Shown here one piece after another: positions 46,366 through 55,049 of a stretch of 64,000 nucleotides of DNA (position 1 is its first letter; each line of letters starts with the position of its first letter). The notes under the pieces were generated by a model. It was not told the DNA's origin, made no database searches, and saw only the letters and a program-made list of their open reading frames with translations. Location: IMG/VR virus record IMGVR_UViG_3300029999_000002, positions 1 to 64,000 of that record. One strand, written 5' to 3'. Both the position numbers and the translations under genes were made by a program. Source of the stretch: a virus.

Positions 46366-49300
46366 ATGAAATTTTTGTATCGATTCGCCCTTGCCCTTGT
46401 ATGTCTGTTCGGCCTGGGACAAGTTGCAAGCGCGCAATCTACAACTGTTACAGCATCACAAATCAAGATCAGTGGGTTTCTCATCCCAACAGGACTGGTG
46501 ACCTTTGCCCCAGTTGACATCAACGGCGCACCCATCTCGTTTGCAGACGGTACCGGCGCCCAGAACGGTCCTAAGGCCATCGCGTGCCAGATCGTCAACG
46601 GTGCCATCACTGGAGCCCTCACTGAATCCGGGTCCGTTAGCGGATCGTGCGTAGTCCCCGACTCCTCGCTGACCACTCCTCAAAACATTATGTACCAGAT
46701 TCAGGTCACCGATCAGTCCACAGGACTGAGAACAAGTGGCATTAGCTACACACTGCACACGGTTGTTGGCGTGTCTGGATCAACCTGGGCGCTAGACCAT
46801 TATGGCCCCCCTGCTCAGACGACCAACGTGAGCCCTCTTGAGTCCAGTGTGGGCACCGTGCTTCCCAGCCCCTGCGTGGTGCCGTCCGTATTCACCTTGA
46901 TGGCTTCAGGTGTGCTCTCAGGCTTCTACACATGTGTTGGTGGTACAGAAGTTCTCATCACTAATGGAACTGGTAGCGGCTCGGTAGGCCCTATGGGACC
47001 GACCGGACCTACTGGTGCAACCGGCGCTGCTGGATCAAATGGTGCAGCCGGCCCCAACATTGTTACCACGTCGACCTCAACCACGATCACAGGATTGCTA
47101 AAGGGTAATGGCAGCAATGTGGGTCTTGCGGTTGCAGGTACTGATTACATGCTGCCCACCAGCAACATCACAGGCACGGCCGCAGGCTTGAGTGCAGCTT
47201 CTGCTCTACCTAATGGCACCACGGTCACAACGCAGTCAACAAGTGACACAAGTGGACAGGCTGCTTCTGATGAGTTCGTAGCTGCTGCCATTACAGCCTC
47301 AGGTGGTGCTGCTCCCGGAGCCTATCTTCAGACAGGTGCAAGTGGCAGTCAGACCATGGTGATCCCAGCTGCTGGCGGTCTTTTCGAAACGGAGACAAAC
47401 AACACTCTAGCTTCTATGGTCATGCACAAACTGACGCTGCTCAATGTGGGTCAAGGATACGATCTCGGCAGCCCTTGGAGCACGCATAACACGCTGACTC
47501 TCAACGAACTCAACACTGTTCGCGGCAACAACCAGATGATCCCAATCACGTTCAACAATTGGGCCGTGGGTGATGCGGATGGTTTGTATATTGCCATGCT
47601 GAACTTTGGTGGTAAGAAGTTTGCCAGCGACGAGGGTGTAAATACACAGACTTTGCAGATGCATCAGGCACCTGAGATTTATGGGCCACTAGCCACACCA
47701 CAAGCAGGCAATCTGTTTGGGGCATTCGGTGCGCTAGTTGCTGGTAATACATTCATTTCTATTGGTGCTGTGTTCCCGGTCACGGGTCAAGTGCAGACTG
47801 TGAGCATCCCGTTCCCAAGTGGTTCCACTGCGCAGACAGCTTATGTCGGTGTTGGAACTTTGGGTACAGCAAACAGCATCACAATCACTCAAGTTGTTCC
47901 CATCAGCATCCCTACGACGGTCGGAAACAACACCCAGGTTTACACTGCTGGGTCCACACTTCCTACCTTGTTAGCTTCAGGTGGGCAGGTGCTGCTCTAT
48001 TTCCAAGCTACGGGTGAGGGTCCATCTGGCACCTCTGTTTCTCCAAACTGTCTTCCTGCATCTGGAGTTCCGACTGTTGGAACCTACACGATGTCAACCA
48101 CGAATGCTGCCTGCAACATCGGTGGCTATTATGGTGGCCTTGTTATTGAAGCAACCCAAGCTGCACCCACAGTTGGTGCAACGACCATCTGGATCAATCC
48201 TGTTAGCTACTATGGCTATCTGGACTACAATCTGAGCCCGCCAATGTTCTCAGATGATCAGATCGTCTATGACACAGCTTCAGTTGCAACGGGTACCATT
48301 GGTTCGCAGTCGACGCTGGAAGGTCTTGCTACTGGGTTCACTCTTAGTTCAGGAACGGTTCCAGTTTCTACCGCGTTTGGGTTCCTGTCTGCTTGCTCTG
48401 GTTCGGGCAATGGTCAGACTCAGGTTGCAGCACTGGTGACCTGCACGGTTACACCCTCTACCTCACCAGCGAGCGGTGCGTTCGTTGCACCCATCACGCT
48501 GACAGGTTCGACAACCAGTGGCAGCACGACGGTACCAGTATCTTCCACCACTGGCATGATTGTTGGGCAGATGTTGATTGGAACAGGAATCCCGGCTTGG
48601 GACACGATTGCTTCCATTGGGTCTGGTTCAGTAGTCATGACCACGGCCGCAACTGCGACCAACAGCACTGAAGCAATGCACATCAGGACCACTGTGGCTA
48701 TCTCCGGATACTTCGGTGAGACCGCTGCGATGTCAACTGTCACAGCTTTGTCTGGTGGAACGCAGACCATTGCATTCTATTCGACGTATCCCCCCGTTGC
48801 TCACGATGGCGAGTTCATTGGACAGGGTGGTATGGCTGGTACCGGCATGACAATTGCGAACACAGGCTGGGCTCCTATGTGGCAGATCATTGCTTCTATA
48901 TCCAGCACTCAGTTCATTCTCAGCAACTGCGTCACTGGAGGCTGCTTCACTACCGGTTACCTTCCTGCTGCTACCAATAGTGCTTACTTCTATCCGATGA
49001 GCTATGTGAATGGCACCAACGGAGGAATCTCCGGATCGGCAAATCTGTTAGCAAATGATATGCCTGACAATCCAGGTGATGGCATCGAAGGTGCGCCGTC
49101 AACTGAGTATTCAGGCAACATCACCTTTGAGGTGTTTGGGCAGAATACCCCAATTGATTACTCGCAACCAAGCGGCATGCACTACATGTTGCATGATGGC
49201 CCGATTGGTCCTGCTTACGAGTGGGACATTCAGGAGAATGGCAGCCTGTTCACAAACACCATGATGTTGAACGGTGTTCACTACGGGTCTGTGTTCAGCT

Positions 49301-49602
49301 TCTCTCACTATCCGACCACTTGCTTTGCATGTTGGAGCAGTCAGTCTTCGGGTGCAGTCTTCACTCTGTTCGGTGTCTACAACGTGGGCAACTTCAGTGT
49401 TGATTACAGCGGGTTCCACTTCAACACGCCTCTGAGCTCTAACAACATTGTGTTCAGTGCTGCTGCTCCCACGACCACTACGGGACAGGTTGGCTTTGGA
49501 TCAACAGTCGTTGCATCTAGCTTCTGCGGATCACTGAGTGGAGCAATTGGATGCACTGTGATTAACGTCGCAGGAACTGCCCATTATCAACCATACTGGT
49601 AG
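46366..49602 (+). CDS. fibre/adhesin-like protein with signal peptide and short collagen repeat; paralog of the 41989 gene
   Basis: [23 protein letters not shown]; first ~195 aa closely match the 41989 product; C-terminus matches the 31991 product. Confidence 0.75.
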   Translation: MKFLYRFALALVCLFGLGQVASAQSTTVTASQIKISGFLIPTGLVTFAPVDINGAPISFADGTGAQNGPKAIACQIVNGAITGALTESGSVSGSCVVPDSSLTTPQNIMYQIQVTDQSTGLRTSGISYTLHTVVGVSGSTWALDHYGPPAQTTNVSPLESSVGTVLPSPCVVPSVFTLMASGVLSGFYTCVGGTEVLITNGTGSGSVGPMGPTGPTGATGAAGSNGAAGPNIVTTSTSTTITGLLKGNGSNVGLAVAGTDYMLPTSNITGTAAGLSAASALPNGTTVTTQSTSDTSGQAASDEFVAAAITASGGAAPGAYLQTGASGSQTMVIPAAGGLFETETNNTLASMVMHKLTLLNVGQGYDLGSPWSTHNTLTLNELNTVRGNNQMIPITFNNWAVGDADGLYIAMLNFGGKKFASDEGVNTQTLQMHQAPEIYGPLATPQAGNLFGAFGALVAGNTFISIGAVFPVTGQVQTVSIPFPSGSTAQTAYVGVGTLGTANSITITQVVPISIPTTVGNNTQVYTAGSTLPTLLASGGQVLLYFQATGEGPSGTSVSPNCLPASGVPTVGTYTMSTTNAACNIGGYYGGLVIEATQAAPTVGATTIWINPVSYYGYLDYNLSPPMFSDDQIVYDTASVATGTIGSQSTLEGLATGFTLSSGTVPVSTAFGFLSACSGSGNGQTQVAALVTCTVTPSTSPASGAFVAPITLTGSTTSGSTTVPVSSTTGMIVGQMLIGTGIPAWDTIASIGSGSVVMTTAATATNSTEAMHIRTTVAISGYFGETAAMSTVTALSGGTQTIAFYSTYPPVAHDGEFIGQGGMAGTGMTIANTGWAPMWQIIASISSTQFILSNCVTGGCFTTGYLPAATNSAYFYPMSYVNGTNGGISGSANLLANDMPDNPGDGIEGAPSTEYSGNITFEVFGQNTPIDYSQPSGMHYMLHDGPIGPAYEWDIQENGSLFTNTMMLNGVHYGSVFSFSHYPTTCFACWSSQSSGAVFTLFGVYNVGNFSVDYSGFHFNTPLSSNNIVFSAAAPTTTTGQVGFGSTVVASSFCGSLSGAIGCTVINVAGTAHYQPYW

Positions 49603-49625
49603 CTTATATAAATCAACTTCATACC

Positions 49626-49662
49626 GAGGGGCGCGCTTGTACAGGTGCCCCTCTTTTCTTGT
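49626..49662 (+). terminator. hairpin B3, terminator-like
   Basis: GAGGGGCGC-GCTTGTACAG-GTGCCCCTCTTTTCTTGT. Confidence 0.75.
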
Positions 49663-49780
49663 TTATCGAGGTCTCATGGCAACGATCACCGCAGCACAGG
49701 TTGGCTCGATGTGTTAGAGAAGCTACAACATTGTTCAACTTGTCGCGAACCCAGTATTACCGAATCAAAAGAGGCGAGCA

Positions 49781-50299
49781 ATGGAAACCGCAATAACTGC
49801 AGAACAGGTTAGTGTTTTACTGGGAGTTGCTCCTAGCAAGAACATACCTCTATTTTTATCGTTGATCGCATTCAGCGAAGGTGCAAACTACAACACCATT
49901 GTCACAGGCATTCACGGCCCTGAAGTCTTCACGGATTACAGCACGCACCCATTTGCTAACGGACGGCCTCCACAGGTTGTCAGACTGAACCCGCTCCTGG
50001 AGTCAACTGCATCCGGCCGCTACCAATTGCTGGAGCGTTACTGGGTCGCATACAAGAAGCAACTGAACCTGCCAGACTTCTCGCCCTTGTCTCAGGACAA
50101 GATTGCAATCCAACAGATTGGTGAGCACAGAGATGCCAACCATGTAGGCGCCCTGACTCACATCATAAACGGTGACATCCAGACTGCGATCCAGTTGTGC
50201 TCAGCAACGTGGGCGAGCTTTCCGAACAACAGCTATGGACAGGGTGGAAAATCGATGGGAACTCTGTTGACCAAATGGGCAGAATTGGTGGCAGCATGA
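49781..50299 (+). CDS. endolysin, lambda R-type lytic transglycosylase
   Basis: FL..IAFSEG, F.DYS.HP, STASGRYQLL..W..YKKQL.LPDFSP.SQD, WASFP...YGQ. Confidence 0.93.
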   Translation: METAITAEQVSVLLGVAPSKNIPLFLSLIAFSEGANYNTIVTGIHGPEVFTDYSTHPFANGRPPQVVRLNPLLESTASGRYQLLERYWVAYKKQLNLPDFSPLSQDKIAIQQIGEHRDANHVGALTHIINGDIQTAIQLCSATWASFPNNSYGQGGKSMGTLLTKWAELVAA

Positions 50300-51018
50300 T
50301 TCCTCAAATTATACCCCAGCAAATCCTAGCCTGGGCAAAAGCCACGCTAGTTGTGTTTGTTTGCATACTTTGCATTCCGGCCAGCTACTTGATGTTCCAT
50401 GCTAACAAGACTCTGACCGGAGTTGACACAGCGGTAGCTGGTCTGAACGCAGCCTTGGTCACTATCAACAAGCCGAAGTCCGGAACGCTGTCCATGCTGG
50501 ATGACACGATCCTCCAGATACGACTCACAATTGATTCTCTGAACAAGGTTGCACTCCATGAGCAGAACCAGTTGACGACTTTGGACTCAGACCTGGCCCA
50601 ATTGGTGTCCCACACCAATGGAGCGCTGACTGCAGTCACGGGGACCGCTAATCAGGCGACTACAACCCTCTCCAGCGTGTCTCACAGCGTCCAGGACGTT
50701 TCCGACCATGTAACCCCTGCTGCCGACGCTGTGACGAGCACCACGGTCAAGCTGGGAGCAGCGATAGACGCTCTGAGCCCCTCTGAGGTAGCCCTGGCTA
50801 AGTCTGTGAAGGACTTTGACGAGCTAGTCACGAGTTCCCCAGTGCAGCAGATACTTGTCAACATGGCGGATGGCACAAAGACCGGAGACCACATCCTGAT
50901 TACAACTGATGCCCTGGAGACCAAGATGGCACAGTGTACACTTCATCCGAACTTCGGTTGCTTCGTCAAACAGGATCTCTTGTTTGGTGCTCAAGTCGGT
51001 GGCTACCTATTGAAGTAA
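50296..51018 (+). CDS. membrane-anchored coiled-coil protein, possible spanin
   Basis: start MIPQII overlaps the endolysin stop; one TM helix followed by a long helical region. Confidence 0.55.
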   Translation: MIPQIIPQQILAWAKATLVVFVCILCIPASYLMFHANKTLTGVDTAVAGLNAALVTINKPKSGTLSMLDDTILQIRLTIDSLNKVALHEQNQLTTLDSDLAQLVSHTNGALTAVTGTANQATTTLSSVSHSVQDVSDHVTPAADAVTSTTVKLGAAIDALSPSEVALAKSVKDFDELVTSSPVQQILVNMADGTKTGDHILITTDALETKMAQCTLHPNFGCFVKQDLLFGAQVGGYLLK

Positions 51019-51032
51019 TTGAAAACAAACCT

Positions 51033-51069
51033 GCTCCCCAGTTGCCCTAACAGGCGCTGGGGAGCTTTT
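51033..51069 (+). terminator. end-of-late-operon terminator
   Basis: GCTCCCCAG...CTGGGGAGCTTTT. Confidence 0.8.
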
Positions 51070-51080
51070 GTGTTTAAGTG

Positions 51081-51128
51081 TTATGCAGTATTTATTTCCT
51101 TGACATCATTGAAGGAGTGTGTGATTCT
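51081..51128 (+). promoter_or_regulatory. sigma70 promoter with ATRCAG box
   Basis: TTATGCAG, 11 nt, TTGACA, 17 nt, GATTCT. Confidence 0.6.
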
Positions 51129-51165
51129 GAATGGGCGATACAAAGCTTCAAGGAGAACCACCAGA

Positions 51166-51372
51166 ATGGCATTCAAGAAAGCAGTCTCCACATTCAGTTT
51201 GACTTCAGACTTCCAGCGTATGGCCGACACTGAGGACAAGATCAATCGCAGAGCGACCAAAGATGCAGCCAATGCGCGCAACAAAGCAAACCAGAAGGCA
51301 CTCGGAGCATGGCATGGGAGCAGCAGAGGGAAGATGAACGAGATCCCGATGCCAGCGAGGCGCACAACCTAA
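51166..51372 (+). CDS. small basic hypothetical protein
   Basis: start MAFKKAV with AGGAG RBS. Confidence 0.6.
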   Translation: MAFKKAVSTFSLTSDFQRMADTEDKINRRATKDAANARNKANQKALGAWHGSSRGKMNEIPMPARRTT

Positions 51373-51545
51373 TGGCTGACATCCGGGTTGAGCTCAAGAT
51401 TTGTGAAGCCTGTGGGGCGCTGGGATTGCGTCCTGTTACCAGCCTGAACGCATACTGTGCACAATGCTCTAACAAACTGGGAGCCGTTGTAACACCTGTT
51501 CACAGGACGAGCCCAGGTCGCGCGCCAAGGATGGCAGTAGCTTGA
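51372..51545 (+). CDS. small Zn-ribbon protein
   Basis: ELKICEACG...YCAQC; TAATG overlap with upstream gene. Confidence 0.7.
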   Translation: MADIRVELKICEACGALGLRPVTSLNAYCAQCSNKLGAVVTPVHRTSPGRAPRMAVA

Positions 51546-52334
51546 TTCTCGGTGAGCAACATGCAATCACCTCGATAGCCGATGAGGGATTCGGCCTGAT
51601 GATTCATGGCTTCCTTGTCTACACCGGGCCTGAAGAGGGTAGAGATCACTTCCACCAGTTGCTGACTACGTTCCTAGCTGGTGTCAGGTTCACGAACTAC
51701 GAATGGGAAGATCAGGGCGAAGACGAGGAACAGGAAGGTCACGTCATTCGTCAGTATTCGGTCATCAACAAATCGAAGTTGATTCACTAGAGGAGCCCTA
51801 TGAACGCAAATGATCTCATCCTGTATACACACCGAGCCTATCAGTTCAAAGCAAAGGTGCTGACCGGCCGACCTGATAAACAAGGATTCCTGATCGTTCG
51901 CAGGGATGACAACGGACTGATGTGTTGGGCGAACCCAGAGTTGATGGTAGCGATTGAGCAGCAATTGGAGGCAGCGTGAAGTATTTCATACGAATCAAGC
52001 AACCGGATGGAACCTGGAAGCGAACCAGGTGGACAACCACTGGCGATGCAGCACGGCCATATCCAGTGAAGACCAAAGCTCGGGCAAAGGAATGCTTGAA
52101 GGATGCGCTAAAGATGTACCCGAATGAGAAGTACCGGATCGAGGAAGTGGCATGAGCCATCAAGATGTAGTAGACGAGGTTTCAGACGCCCTACCTAGCT
52201 ATATTCCAAATGCTATCAAAGAGAAGATACTTGATGCCGTTTGGACGATACTTCATGACAATTTACCAGATCCCGCCGATGAAGCATACGAGGCAGAATG
52301 CGCCAAAGACATTCCTCTTCCCAAGGGTAACTGA
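51542..52334 (+). CDS. four small hypothetical ORFs (51542..51790, ~51800..51979, ~51976..52155, 52152..52334)
   Basis: RBSs and overlapping start/stop codons. Confidence 0.55.
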
Positions 52335-52465
52335 TATGTGGTTCTTATGCTCCGTCTCCAACAGTAAGATATGCGGAACTTCTGATTGACCGCGCTCTGT
52401 ATGGCCGTATCAGAGGCGGGATGTAGAAACGGCCAGATTTACCCCAGTACCAGAAGGAGAGAGAG

Positions 52466-52906
52466 ATGAAGGCAATAGCACTCTTGATGTTTAGCGCGGC
52501 ACTCACGGCGGGATGTCGTAGTCAAACAGCGAAGCATAAACCCACGTCAAAAGCGGTGGATGATTCCTGTGGTGCATCTATGATTGGTGCCACAGGTGGG
52601 AGCGACGGGACTCAGTACAAGTGCACCAAGGGTGCTGATGGCAAGGGCCACTGGGTTGAGGATCTGGAGGCCGAAAAGTCAATTCGCGAATTTTACGCTC
52701 ATCGGTCAATGTTGCGGAGCGCTCTAACTACCCGCGTACTTACAAATGTAGAGATGGCAGAGGTGCTTGATATTGGATCGGATATTTTCGTGAACCCCTA
52801 CGAGAGTTTCCGGCAGGAAGACGTGGATCAAAAATATCTCGTGGCCCTAAAAATCCAAGAGGAATTGCGGAACTTACATCTCCCGCCTACAGCCCCAAAG
52901 CACTAA
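52466..52906 (+). CDS. putative lipoprotein
   Basis: MKAIALLMFSAALTAG-C lipobox; AGGAG RBS. Confidence 0.7.
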   Translation: MKAIALLMFSAALTAGCRSQTAKHKPTSKAVDDSCGASMIGATGGSDGTQYKCTKGADGKGHWVEDLEAEKSIREFYAHRSMLRSALTTRVLTNVEMAEVLDIGSDIFVNPYESFRQEDVDQKYLVALKIQEELRNLHLPPTAPKH

Positions 52907-53316
52907 CCCCAGCTACGATAAAGGAATGGAGAGACCGTGAGCGAGAAAATTTGGATAGCGAAGGACGGATTTCCCGTTGAACACATCAAAGGCCGTTGGT
53001 TCACTAATTGGCTGCGCGACCTGATCCACGGTCGAGAATTGATGACGTGGGACGAATGGAATGAGGAGCAGCACAGGCGTCGAGTTGCGAGCGCACTAAT
53101 GGGCGGATCATCCACACGCCTTCCTTGAACCCCCTGTAGCAAAGAACTGATGCGCTGCTTCGACGAAATGAGGAAAAATGGGATGAGCGATCTTTTATTG
53201 GGTCTAATACTTTTTGTTCTGCTGATTATCAACTTTGCGGCTTGGTCATGTGTTGATCTTTTGAAGAAAATTGCCGCACCACCTGAAGCAAAGTAGTCCC
53301 ACCACAAGGAGCAGAG

Positions 53317-54054
53317 ATGGCAGACGTAGAAGAGATGAAGGCGGCACTCAAAGCGGCGGGTATTACGGTTTGGAATGATGGTGACCAATGGACGGGAGTT
53401 CATGACGAACTGACTTGGTTTGCGACGCCAAAGCCTTGGGCAGAAGCTGCGACCGAAGAGGAAGCCATTCGAGTCGCTTACGCCAAGCTCCCAGCAGATG
53501 CTATCCCCTCAGAGCCGCAGGAGCAGGATGAGCCGATACGTTTGGCGCGAACGAGAGACCACGAAGGGAATCCACTAACCGATGAGCTGCGAAAGTGGCA
53601 TGATTGGAGCGAAGAAAAGCTACGCGAGATGGCTGCTGCTGAGGATATGGTCGGCGTGGGTTCAGTAGATGCGGTCATGGAGCAGATATTTGGCAAGCCT
53701 CCCACAGCCCCAACAGCAGCAGGGAGCGAGGAGCCGAAGCCGCTCAAGTTCAACCTTGAGAATCCTGGCGAGATGATTGCCGCGTCTGGAGCGGTGAAAG
53801 CATTACATGATGCTGGATATAGGGCGGCTCCTGTGGCATCCCAAGCCCCAGCCCCGAAGCGGCCTGAGGCTATCAAAGATGCTGGATTGGGAAAGAAGTA
53901 TTGGGCACACGAAGCCGACGCCTACATGGACTATCTAGAGTGCCGCGTAAGGGAGTTGGAGGCCAAACTAGAAAGCGCGATGACCGAAGAAGTGATGCTC
54001 CGCAGCCAACTACTTGATCTCGGGAAAAGACCCGGCGAGGCCAACCATGAATAA
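53317..54054 (+). CDS. hypothetical phage protein
   Basis: 245 aa, AGGAG RBS. Confidence 0.65.
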   Translation: MADVEEMKAALKAAGITVWNDGDQWTGVHDELTWFATPKPWAEAATEEEAIRVAYAKLPADAIPSEPQEQDEPIRLARTRDHEGNPLTDELRKWHDWSEEKLREMAAAEDMVGVGSVDAVMEQIFGKPPTAPTAAGSEEPKPLKFNLENPGEMIAASGAVKALHDAGYRAAPVASQAPAPKRPEAIKDAGLGKKYWAHEADAYMDYLECRVRELEAKLESAMTEEVMLRSQLLDLGKRPGEANHE

Positions 54055-54379
54055 GCCCCTAGACACGCAAGAACTGCCGCCACTGCCTAAGCCGATGATG
54101 TCGAGTAAGCATTGGGACTCTGGAATAGAGTGGTCTCTGGCGGGTGAACGAGCCGTACGCCTAGAGCGCGAAGATCAGCTACGCGAAGCCTTGTCTCGGA
54201 TCTCCCAGCTTGAGAAAGAGAACGCTGCGCTGTATTCCGCCTTGAGTGATTTGGTAGACGGGATCGAAGATGCGGGCGGTCACGATGAGAATGGAGATGT
54301 GTTCGCTATCGAGGATGCTGTATCCGCCTTAGAAATGCACGAAAAACGGCTCCCATCCCCTCCCAAGGAGGCACTTTGA
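54047..54379 (+). CDS. hypothetical coiled-coil protein
   Basis: start MNKPL with GAGG RBS. Confidence 0.6.
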   Translation: MNKPLDTQELPPLPKPMMSSKHWDSGIEWSLAGERAVRLEREDQLREALSRISQLEKENAALYSALSDLVDGIEDAGGHDENGDVFAIEDAVSALEMHEKRLPSPPKEAL

Positions 54380-54422
54380 GCTTCGAGCGCCTATCCGATC
54401 CGCTATTGAGGGAGACTCTAGC

Positions 54423-54614
54423 ATGAAGACTAGAACCATTTCCATTGGTCAGAAGTTTGCTGCAAAGGCTGGACTCATTGCTGAGGTCACGAAGATCAGG
54501 TGGGTGGGTAATGGTCGACATGTGGTGTTCGACTATGACGGCGGCTTCTCCATCCTGCCAGCAGGTGAGTTTCTGCGCCGATTCAAGTTGGTTCCAGATG
54601 AGATTGCTCAATGA
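54423..54614 (+). CDS. hypothetical protein
   Basis: 63 aa, GGAG RBS, ATGA overlap with xis. Confidence 0.55.
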   Translation: MKTRTISIGQKFAAKAGLIAEVTKIRWVGNGRHVVFDYDGGFSILPAGEFLRRFKLVPDEIAQ

Positions 54615-54817
54615 GTAACGCAACTGAGTACCTAACCCCCGAACAGGCCGCTGTCATCCTGAACGTCTCCCCGATGACGGTGATGCGCAAGTTCGAGCAG
54701 CGCAAGGGTGTTCTGGATCTTGGTACCCCGGAGACCAGGCACAAGCGGCGGCGTCGTATACTCCGGATACCTCGTGAGGTATTTGATGCCTATGTCCACG
54801 AGGTTCGCATCCGGTAG
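54611..54817 (+). CDS. excisionase-like HTH protein
   Basis: YLTPEQAA.ILNVSP.TV.R.F....GV.......RIP; adjacent to attP and int. Confidence 0.8.
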   Translation: MSNATEYLTPEQAAVILNVSPMTVMRKFEQRKGVLDLGTPETRHKRRRRILRIPREVFDAYVHEVRIR

Positions 54818-54820
54818 CAA

Positions 54821-55014
54821 ATTGGGAAAATTTTGTGAAAGTCTTCTGTTGGTTGGGTGCTTTGTGTGAGTTGTGTGACTTGTAGAATTTGTAACTTACA
54901 CATTCCATTAGATAGAGGGATGAACGAATCCTTCCGGGCGCACCATTCTAAACTATTGAAAACAAAAGGAATAGCTGGTGGAGCTTGACTTTTGAGAAAG
55001 AATTGTGAAAGTCT
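54821..55014 (+). mobile_element. attP: core matching a tRNA-Arg 3' end, flanked by arm-type repeats
   Basis: CGAATCCTTCCGGGCGCACCA at 54925-45; TTGTGAAAGTCT at 54833 and 55003, each preceded by a degenerate TTGRGAAA copy. Confidence 0.8.
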
Positions 55015-55049
55015 CCAATCGAGGTTGATTCTCGGAATGAGGCTTCACC

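Noticed and set aside
41989-49602. Diversity-generating retroelement or invertase shufflon acting on the fibre genes
   Set aside because: No reverse transcriptase or invertase in the window, no adenine-specific TR/VR pair, and no inverted fibre-tip cassettes
41938-49662. CRISPR array or integron attC sites
   Set aside because: Repeats are kilobases apart with no cas genes, lack RYYYAAC/GTTRRRY ends, and the integrase sits at a tRNA-type attP
54925-54945. Prophage boundary (attL/attR) with host DNA on one side
   Set aside because: Phage-type genes and the same promoter motif occur on both sides, so this is attP
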